From sequence record SRR20825010_290: 34,621 nucleotides of DNA. The stretch is one strand, 5' to 3'. A model generated the notes under the pieces. It saw nothing but the letters and a program-made list of their open reading frames with translations. It had not been told where the DNA came from and searched no databases. Both the position numbers and the translations under genes were made by a program. This document shows, in pieces, positions 27,638 through 34,621 of this stretch. Within the stretch, counting starts at the first letter, position 1; every line of letters starts with the position of its first letter.

Positions 27638-28111
27638 ATGAAAACATCAATACTATTTGTGTGCCTTTGTTTTGGATTAGGCGGCTTAAGCCAAGATCCC
27701 ATTACTAATCCTACTAAAAAGGAGTTTAAGGAGCTTTCTTGGATCCTTGGTCAATGGGAACGTACTAATGTCAAATCGGGAAGTACTGCCTTTGAGACTT
27801 GGGAAAAAGAATCTGAATATATCTATACTGGTTTGGGCGTCTCGCTGAAAGGCACTGACACCACCTTTGTGGAAAAGCTTAGAATTGAAGTAAAAGACAA
27901 TGCCATTTTCTATGTGGCCGATGTTAGAGAAAATGCCACCCCAACCTATTTTAAGATCACTAAGCTTACCAGCAATGGGTTTGTTTCTGAAAATCCGGAA
28001 CATGACTTTCCTAAAATGATTACTTATGAATTAAAGGGCAGCGATTTAACCGCTATTATTTCAGATGGAGGTGAAAAGAAAATGGGCTTCTTTTTTAAGA
28101 AAGCCCATTAA
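27638..28111 (+). CDS. Secreted DUF6265-like protein
   Basis: WILGQW, E.W, DTTFVEKL, ENPEHDFPK.I.Y. Confidence 0.8.
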   Translation: MKTSILFVCLCFGLGGLSQDPITNPTKKEFKELSWILGQWERTNVKSGSTAFETWEKESEYIYTGLGVSLKGTDTTFVEKLRIEVKDNAIFYVADVRENATPTYFKITKLTSNGFVSENPEHDFPKMITYELKGSDLTAIISDGGEKKMGFFFKKAH

Positions 28112-28134
28112 AGTATTCTCTCGTGCTTAAATCT

Positions 28135-30819
28135 TTACTCTGTCCTCAACGCCTTCACGGGGTTCGACTTGGCTGCGCGAATAGCATGGTAACTAATTAC
28201 CAGTGTGGTTAAACCAAAGGCCAAGGCTGCGCTTAAAACAAACATGTCTGCACCTATGCTAATTTGGTAGGCAAAGTCTTTGAGCCAGTTGCTCATTAAA
28301 TACCAAGTAAGCGGCACCGACAATACAATGGCGATGATCAATTGCCACGAAAAATCACTGAACAGCATAGCGAATATTTTGAGTGGTGATGCCCCCAATA
28401 TTTTACGGATTCCGATCTCTTTGATCTTCGTATTCACAATCAAGATGGTCAGGCCTAATAGCCCTATACTGGCAATCAGTATACTTAATACGGTGGCTAT
28501 GCCCACAATTTTATTTACCCTTGCTTCATCTTGATACATTAAGCGCAACTTCTCGTCCACAAAATCAAACCTTAACTCTTCATTAGGAAAAGTGGAAGCC
28601 CAAGCTTGGTCCAAGATGGATTTCACTTCCAATAGACTCCCTCCATTGTATTTAAAAACCAATTTGGGTGTTGGTGAATCGGCAATACCAATGTCGTTAA
28701 TGCCATCAAATATGGGTTGATCGTTTTGGGTAATGACCAAGGGTTTTACTTCACTATGGAGCGATTCAAAGTTAAAATCTTCAGTAACGCCAATAATGGT
28801 GTTATTACCAAAGTCCTGCCCCGGGAGCTTCTTCCCTATGGGATCGGTTAAACCGAAATAACCGACTGCGGCTTGGTTCAGAATAATGGATTCACGTTTG
28901 TCTAAATCCAATGCAGGGTCAAAGTCTCTGCCGTCCTTTATTTGAATGCCAAAACTCGAAATGTAATAAGGATCAACCACCAACAGGTTGAATTGCTTAA
29001 AGGCGTCATTATTATCATTAAAGCCCACTTGCATCCATCCATTTGAACCAAAAATATGGCTGCCCATGGCCAAGCCAGAAACATCAGGGTTTGCCTCCAG
29101 TTTGGTCTTCAATAATTGACCGTTTTTAAAGCCTGAAGTAAAGTTCTCCCCTAGCCCCCTGCTTTCAGGATCTGGATACAAAACCACCGATACCATGGCA
29201 TCACGATTGAATCCCAAATCTTCGTTCTGAATAAAATTGAGCTGCTTTTTCATAATCAAGGTGCTTGAAATCAGGAATACTGTGAGCAATAGCTGAAAGA
29301 CCAAAAGTGATTTACGCAGTACGTTCTTTCCGCCCATGCTGGATTGACCACCACGAAGTACATTGGTTAATTTTAGGCTGGAAAGCACCAATGCAGGATA
29401 AGCGCCCGTAGCCAAACCAATGGCCAATGCCATCACCAAGTACACCCAAAGCGACTCGAAATCGAAAGGCATTACCAAATCTGTATTGGCCAAATTATTG
29501 AAAACGGGCAATAACAGGTAAGCCACGGCCAATCCAATAATCATGGCAATAAAAGTGATCAGAACGCTTTCTGATAAATACTGCCAAACCAAGCCTGATT
29601 TCTGTGCGCCTACGACTTTTCTTACCCCCACTTCTTTGGCGCGTTTCATAGATTGCCCCATAGAAAGCGTGGTGTAGTTGATACAAGCAATCAAGAGCAC
29701 GAGCAAGCCAATCGCTCCGAGTACATACACATATTTAGGATTCCCAACAGGCATATTTCCCAAAGGAAAATCAGGATTCAGGTGAATGTCCGTGAGGGGT
29801 TGTAAGCCCAAAGTATACTCTCCTTCTTCCACTCTGTCGCCCAAAGCGGTTTTGACCATGGCCGGGAGTTTTTCTTCCGTAGCTGCGAGCGTAGAATTTT
29901 CTCTAATCAGCACAAAGGTTTCAGGAGAAACACTAAACCAAGCTTGAAGTGCTTCTTTTCGATAGAGGATATCATCATTCTCGTTCGAGATCATCATATC
30001 AAAGCTAAAGCCTGTATTCTTGGGCAGGTCTTGCATAATGGCCGATACATTGAATACACGGTTTTCTCCGTTGATCTGCACTGTTATCGGTTCACCCATT
30101 GGGCTTTTGTTTCCAAAATATTTCGTGGCATATCCCTCGCTGATGACAATATCTGTTCTATTTCCCAATGGCTTTTGCTGATTTCCATCTACAATAGGGA
30201 ATGAAAACATCTCAAAGAACTCTGGACTGGCTATGGCAATGGTCTCATTGATTCTTGTTCCTTCTTCCCCCACCAAAAAGCTACTTCGGTTGTATTGCAC
30301 CGCCATTTCTATGTCGGGAATATTGTCTTCAAGGGCCTTTTCTAAAGGAATTGGCGAATTGGTGTAAAAAAACTGTTGGTCGCCACCGTAATCTTCTAAA
30401 GTCCAGGTGCGGTAGATTCTATCTCCTTTTTCATGGAATTTATCAAAGCTGAGTTCGCGCTTTACATACAGTGAGATCAGTACAAAGCAGGCGATGCCAA
30501 TCGATATTCCTGTTACATTTAAGAGGGTATTTACCTTCTGCCGCCAAAGTACCCTTGCGGCAATTTTAAAGTTGTTGCGTGTCATTGTTACAATATTTGA
30601 GTTGAACCTTGTTGTTTTCTTGATATTGGACCATTTGAAAAAGCGCAGCACATTCCAGGCATAGCACCAATTTGCCCTTCGTTTTCCATGTGCTTGGCAG
30701 TTGACTTGATAGATCTCTTCTAAATCGCCACTAATTTCTTCCAGAAATTCTTCCTTGCAGAAGAAGGTCAGGAACCGAAATACCCAGCGCGGTGGCTTTA
30801 TGGATTGTTGTTCCTTCAT
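28135..30819 (-). CDS. MacB/FtsX-type ABC transporter permease with N-terminal prefix domain
   Basis: PP.W...FL..FC....LEEI.GDL.E prefix; two FtsX halves (R.KEVGVRKVVGA, KEIGIRKILGAS); C-terminal NPVKALRTE. Confidence 0.93.
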   Translation of the reverse strand: MKEQQSIKPPRWVFRFLTFFCKEEFLEEISGDLEEIYQVNCQAHGKRRANWCYAWNVLRFFKWSNIKKTTRFNSNIVTMTRNNFKIAARVLWRQKVNTLLNVTGISIGIACFVLISLYVKRELSFDKFHEKGDRIYRTWTLEDYGGDQQFFYTNSPIPLEKALEDNIPDIEMAVQYNRSSFLVGEEGTRINETIAIASPEFFEMFSFPIVDGNQQKPLGNRTDIVISEGYATKYFGNKSPMGEPITVQINGENRVFNVSAIMQDLPKNTGFSFDMMISNENDDILYRKEALQAWFSVSPETFVLIRENSTLAATEEKLPAMVKTALGDRVEEGEYTLGLQPLTDIHLNPDFPLGNMPVGNPKYVYVLGAIGLLVLLIACINYTTLSMGQSMKRAKEVGVRKVVGAQKSGLVWQYLSESVLITFIAMIIGLAVAYLLLPVFNNLANTDLVMPFDFESLWVYLVMALAIGLATGAYPALVLSSLKLTNVLRGGQSSMGGKNVLRKSLLVFQLLLTVFLISSTLIMKKQLNFIQNEDLGFNRDAMVSVVLYPDPESRGLGENFTSGFKNGQLLKTKLEANPDVSGLAMGSHIFGSNGWMQVGFNDNNDAFKQFNLLVVDPYYISSFGIQIKDGRDFDPALDLDKRESIILNQAAVGYFGLTDPIGKKLPGQDFGNNTIIGVTEDFNFESLHSEVKPLVITQNDQPIFDGINDIGIADSPTPKLVFKYNGGSLLEVKSILDQAWASTFPNEELRFDFVDEKLRLMYQDEARVNKIVGIATVLSILIASIGLLGLTILIVNTKIKEIGIRKILGASPLKIFAMLFSDFSWQLIIAIVLSVPLTWYLMSNWLKDFAYQISIGADMFVLSAALAFGLTTLVISYHAIRAAKSNPVKALRTE

Positions 30820-31148
30820 TAACTACTGAATGAGATATTGGGAATACGGTTGTATAAACTCATGCGCTGCTCTTGCACTTCGTCCAAAGCTTTTTTACCT
30901 AAAGCCGTGAGTTCGAAAATGCGTTTTCTTCGGCCTCCCCTTTCATTGGTGGGACCTCCCATTTCGGAAGTGACAAAACCCTTTTCATCCAAGCGTCTTA
31001 AGGCAGAATGGATGGCACTGATATTTACCGATCGGCCTGTCTCTTTGGCGATATCATCCATAATGCCTACCCCATAGGCTTCTGGATAAAGGGCGCCTAC
31101 GGTAAGTAGTACCAATTCTTCAAATTCTCCGAGGTATGTTCCTTTCAT
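30819..31148 (-). CDS. PadR-family transcriptional regulator
   Basis: LGEFEELVLL, AYGV.I, L.RL..KGFV.S, RGGRRKR.F.LT..G. Confidence 0.95.
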   Translation of the reverse strand: MKGTYLGEFEELVLLTVGALYPEAYGVGIMDDIAKETGRSVNISAIHSALRRLDEKGFVTSEMGGPTNERGGRRKRIFELTALGKKALDEVQEQRMSLYNRIPNISFSS

Positions 31149-31270
31149 GCGTATGGCTGTTAGGTTATTACTTACACAAATATAAAAGAAGTATATCTTT
31201 CACTTATGTACAACTAATTAACAGTCGTTAACACTGGGGAGGTATTGAATTGTGGAATGGGTGTAGTGGA

Positions 31271-31495
31271 ATGTGTTCATGTGTTGAGGTGTGGAGGTGT
31301 TGAAGTGGGAATTTGTGGTTAGTGCTCAGTGCTCAGGCTTTAGTGCTCAGTGCTCAGTGCTCAGTGTATGGAAGAGGAAAGGTTTGAAATTTGTTTTTTG
31401 GCTTTCGGTATTTGTTGTTTAGTGTTGAAGAGGAAAGGTTTGATGTTTGTTGTTTGGTTTTTGATGTTTGGTTTTTGGTATTTGTTTTTTGATGA
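31271..31495 (+). repeat. G/T-biased periodic short tandem repeats (8-mer, then two 7-mer families)
   Basis: 5 x AnGTGnnn (31271-31310); 7 x YAGTGCT-like (31320-31368); 8 x TTGnTnT-like (31440-31495); GAAGAGGAAAGGTTTGA at 31371 and 31427. Confidence 0.85.
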
Positions 31496-31560
31496 GTATT
31501 GGCGCTGTGGTTTTAGGGAGGAAGGAAAAGGGGTTAGATGGTTAAAATCAATAGAAGCGG

Positions 31561-32295
31561 CTAATTAACCATCAGTTGAACGAGCAACCCAATAAAAATA
31601 GCTAGGGTAAAGCTTAATAGTGTTCCTATTAAGATATACTCTGTCTTCTTTTGTTCTTTGCCCTTCTTTAAATCTCCAAACCTGAAAACTGATTTTGCTG
31701 CTAATAAAAAGCCTATCGGTTCCCATTGGTTGAAAATGATAAAAGTTAAGATGAGCAACCGCTCGAGTATTCCTATCCATTTTCCAGCGTCTTTCAAACT
31801 TTCGGCTTTCTTCTTTTCAGGCAAGTCTGCTTGCCATGATTTAGTGAGATAGCCGATCAATACACCCGATGGCAATGCTACCACTATATAAGCAATGATG
31901 ACCAGTAGGTATTTGGAATCCCATTTAAAGTAGGTCAGATCAAGCATTTCTGCTAGTGTATTGGGTATAAGGAGCAACCAAAGAAAAATGATACTGATAA
32001 AATGTGCCAGTTGATCTCCGATATAAACCCAGATACTATCTTTCTTAATACTGATTTTTATCCAATCAATAATACCATGCGCAATTGCCATGGCAATTGG
32101 TGCCCACCAATTCGCCCAGTCGGCTATAAAGAGATAAGTCAACACCGCTACGATGACAAGGTGCCACCTGAATTGGGAAGACCTTGGGCCTTTTTCCCTT
32201 TTGCCCTTGACCATACCGTTGGTTTGAAAGACAAAATCGGCCAAAAGGTGTGCAATAAGTAACCTAAGGAGTATGTTTATTTCTGGTGTGTCCAT
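31561..32295 (-). CDS. DUF3307-family membrane protein
   Basis: AHLLADFVFQ, H..ID..K, DQLAH, GKWIGILER, AAKSVFRF, EYILIGTLLS. Confidence 0.9.
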   Translation of the reverse strand: MDTPEINILLRLLIAHLLADFVFQTNGMVKGKREKGPRSSQFRWHLVIVAVLTYLFIADWANWWAPIAMAIAHGIIDWIKISIKKDSIWVYIGDQLAHFISIIFLWLLLIPNTLAEMLDLTYFKWDSKYLLVIIAYIVVALPSGVLIGYLTKSWQADLPEKKKAESLKDAGKWIGILERLLILTFIIFNQWEPIGFLLAAKSVFRFGDLKKGKEQKKTEYILIGTLLSFTLAIFIGLLVQLMVN

Positions 32296-32939
32296 TGTAT
32301 CTGAGTTTCAAACCGCCTTATATAAGGTATCAATGCATCTATTCTACTTATATCTAAACTCTTACTTACAGCCACTTGCGTTTTGCCTAGCCTGTCTCCT
32401 ATTTCCTTTTGCGTAATATCTTTGTAGAGAAGAAATAAGTAAACTGCACTTGCTTGAGCGGTTGTCCATTTTGTAACAATGGCTTCTACCATAGGGAGGA
32501 CTGCCATAAGCTCCTTATCCTGTTGCTCCTCACCAGTAATTATGGCAATCTCTTTATCCTTATCTTTCATACTGTCTAAACTCCTACCCGATTTGGTAAA
32601 AGGTTCTCCAGTGAGCTCACTTAGGTTATTGTATTCAGGGTAGTTTGCCAGCTTACCTATACCCATAGACATTCGGGCATCCCATTGTATTGTTTGCTTA
32701 TTCTTTTCTGTCTGCTGTCTCTTTAGCCCTGCTTTTATTAAAAGAAGCATTAATAAACCTTGCTCAGGCTTTTTGGAAATGGCTTGAAAACTATCTCCCC
32801 TATAAACATCTATTAGGAATTGTTGATCTATTTGATCTCTTATATCATTAGCAATTCGGTGTAAAACCTCTCTATAATCACCTTCTATATCTGTAGACCT
32901 AATAATATCACCTGTAATAACAGCAGTAACTATTTTCAT
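32277..32939 (-). CDS. SatD-family protein (nucleotide-cyclase-like N-domain + C-terminal HTH)
   Basis: AVITGDIIRS, YRGDSFQ, R.S.GIG, GE.F..SGR.LD, TQKEIGDRLGKTQVAVSK. Confidence 0.88.
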   Translation of the reverse strand: MKIVTAVITGDIIRSTDIEGDYREVLHRIANDIRDQIDQQFLIDVYRGDSFQAISKKPEQGLLMLLLIKAGLKRQQTEKNKQTIQWDARMSMGIGKLANYPEYNNLSELTGEPFTKSGRSLDSMKDKDKEIAIITGEEQQDKELMAVLPMVEAIVTKWTTAQASAVYLFLLYKDITQKEIGDRLGKTQVAVSKSLDISRIDALIPYIRRFETQIQWTHQK

Positions 32940-32950
32940 AGCGTTGAATT

Positions 32951-33028
32951 TATAACCTTCTTACGTTATAAACAAAGAATATAACCTTTAAAGGTTCTAA
33001 ATAAGAGATAGAACCTCTAGCGGTTCTA
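32951..33028. promoter_or_regulatory. Three 20-bp palindromic operators at exact 29-bp period
   Basis: TATAACCTTCTTACGTTATA (32951), TATAACCTTTAAAGGTTCTA (32980), TAGAACCTCTAGCGGTTCTA (33009). Confidence 0.8.
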
Positions 33029-33066
33029 TTTACTTAGTTTCTTGTAGTCCTATTACATTAGTCTGA

Positions 33067-33255
33067 CCAGTAACCGCTAAGGCAATCAAGGTTTCCACCC
33101 TAGCAGACGAATGGTTATTTGAAGCCGCTGGCATTGCCGACTTTGGGCACATCCAGCGCAATATGTCCTATTTGATTATGCGCTGCAGCATTGGTGCCCT
33201 TTTGATGATTATTGGTGGGGTGGTTTTAGCGAGGAGGAAAAGGGTTAAGGGTTAG
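33067..33255 (+). pseudogene. Possible 3' remnant of a membrane-anchored protein gene
   Basis: Stop-to-stop frame ending ...MSYLIMRCSIGALLMIIGGVVLARRKRVKG* (TM helix plus basic tail); no upstream start. Confidence 0.35.
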
Positions 33256-33614
33256 TTTAGTAGCTTGCAGTTATTGAGAGGCGTTAAAGGTGTATTTAAA
33301 TAATAATAAGCTATAAAGGCTACTTGCCACTTCTTAAGAAAAAGCACTTATACATGAGCACTGAGTATATTTGAATTAATAAGAAATAAGTACTTGCTGC
33401 CTGCAGCATTCGCTAAAATCTCACAATTGGCTGCAAAAAAAATCTTCTTCACGAAATATGAAACCTATTTGGTGAACTTGCAAGTGTCAAAGTTTGCCGA
33501 GTTGTGATTCAATTCAGTATTACATTTCCATGTCTTTTTTAAAATAACTAATTAGCTTGTAACAACACTCTTTTTGAGATATTTTTATAGATCGTATTCT
33601 GTAAGTTTGAACAA

Positions 33615-33715
33615 ATGAATCTGCACCTTTCAAAAGACCAAAAGGTCAAAATCGAAATTCGCATAATGTGTACAGCATCATGCAATAAATTTCGCTTCGA
33701 GAAAATAAGGTTCGC
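33615..33715 (+). pseudogene. RadC/JAB-domain gene 5' remnant
   Basis: MNLHLSKDQKVKI / NSHNVYSIMQ*ISLRENKVR, with one frameshift and one stop; resembles the recalled N-terminus of Bacteroidota short RadC proteins; metal motif absent. Confidence 0.6.
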
Positions 33716-33786
33716 TTTATCTCCAAGATATACATGAATTATTAATGATTATGGAATCCAGTTTAACTAGAAGCCGTCCACTATAA

Positions 33787-34620
33787 ATGATAAGATTTCA
33801 TTTCTGTAAAACCTACGAAAAGAAAGTCCGAGGACAATCTTATGGAAAGGCTATTGAATCAAAATTTCACGATCTAAGCTCTCACAATAGGCTGATAACG
33901 TCAGGGAATTTACGTGATTACAGTAACGGGCTGTATGTGCTCAAAACTCATGTTCCACTATCAAGAATCATAATTCAAAAGAAGGAGTTAGAAGATTACA
34001 CTGTCCACTTCATTAGGGATATTATTACAAATAAGGACCTTGAATACTACTTCGGGAATTTTATTCATCCAGCACTGAAGTCAGGCACTTGGTTAAAGGA
34101 TCATCCATTATTAGATGTTGACATTAATGATTTTTTGGGTGAACAGTCATCAAAAATGAATAAGGTTCCTCATACTGAACCTATCTTCCCACCTGCTGAA
34201 TTATCAAATTGGCTCTCCGATTACAAGCTAGATATTCGATATGATGTTTTTGAAGCCCAAGACTGGGTTCAATACGCTTTAAGTGAATCTCAAACGGAAG
34301 GTATGAGGGATAAAGATGTAAAATCTTTTGCATCTTTATTATTAAAAATAATCAATAACAAGTCGGAGTTAGATATCAAAACTGTTCCCACGAAAGGCAC
34401 CATCCAAGTCCAACAGGCAATAGATGGTAATTTCGGCATATTATTCAGTCAAGTAACTGTAGAAGAATCTGAAAGGCTTATTCTCCACAATGCGGCTCAC
34501 ATAGAATCTCAGAATAACCATTGGACGAGTGCTATCAAAAAACTTACTGATAGTGAAATCTCATTCGAACTTACTGTCAATGAACTGTCTCGCTTTGCTT
34601 ATAGAGCGTATCCTAATTGG
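33787..34620 (+). CDS. Large hypothetical protein, truncated by the window edge (possibly the N-terminus of a UvrD-like helicase)
   Basis: 278 open codons from ATG 33787 (MIRFHFCKTYEKK...SRFAYRAYPNW); absent from the ORF track because it has no stop. Function is inference only. Confidence 0.8.
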   Translation, partial: MIRFHFCKTYEKKVRGQSYGKAIESKFHDLSSHNRLITSGNLRDYSNGLYVLKTHVPLSRIIIQKKELEDYTVHFIRDIITNKDLEYYFGNFIHPALKSGTWLKDHPLLDVDINDFLGEQSSKMNKVPHTEPIFPPAELSNWLSDYKLDIRYDVFEAQDWVQYALSESQTEGMRDKDVKSFASLLLKIINNKSELDIKTVPTKGTIQVQQAIDGNFGILFSQVTVEESERLILHNAAHIESQNNHWTSAIKKLTDSEISFELTVNELSRFAYRAYPNW

Positions 34621-34621
34621 A

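Noticed and set aside
31190-31214. TTATGTACAAC as a XerD-like arm
   Set aside because: No matching XerC arm; it sits in the PadR promoter region.
31350-31568. 72-aa ORF
   Set aside because: Translation of low-complexity G/T repeats.
1574-32262. Many short ORFs nested in or antisense to long genes
   Set aside because: Shadow frames of well-supported CDSs with no independent evidence.
32951-33028. Mini-CRISPR interpretation of the three repeats
   Set aside because: Linkers are only 9 bp, the repeats vary internally, and no cas genes are present; an operator fits better.
33656-33683. AATTCGCATAA-TGTGTA resembling a XerC arm plus spacer
   Set aside because: No XerD arm follows, and it lies inside the RadC-like coding remnant.

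Overview
Bacteroidota chromosomal window, most likely Cytophagales. This rests on TAnnTTTG -7 promoters, a T9SS C-terminal domain, the gyrA-TPR pair and a PadR/ABC-permease pair; no search was run, so family calls come from motifs and recall. The central ~4.4-31 kb is mostly core or ordinary: TPR, gyrA, ArsC-like, rpe, S8 protease, thioredoxin, a TrpF-like paralogue, GT2/flippase, a class III cyclase, Bax/deacetylase, VOC proteins, amidase, DUF5916, AraC, PadR-ABC permease. Both ends look accessory. Left: an AraC-led detox-like module that includes an unannotated, multiply frameshifted CxxCH cytochrome c gene. Right: periodic 7/8-mer repeats, a SatD-DUF3307 pair behind three 29-bp-spaced palindromes, a RadC-like remnant, and a large ORF running off the edge. 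The most striking signal is at the accessory/core junction (4128-4325), where four XerC/XerD dif-like sites are nested in a ~200-bp fold-back. One is a canonical 28-bp dif with a perfect TTATGTTAAAT arm. An inner pair would fold as ssDNA into a CTX-phi attP-like bulged hairpin. A fifth degenerate site at 124-154 may bracket the left module as a dif cassette. No rRNA, tRNA, CRISPR array or transposase was seen.
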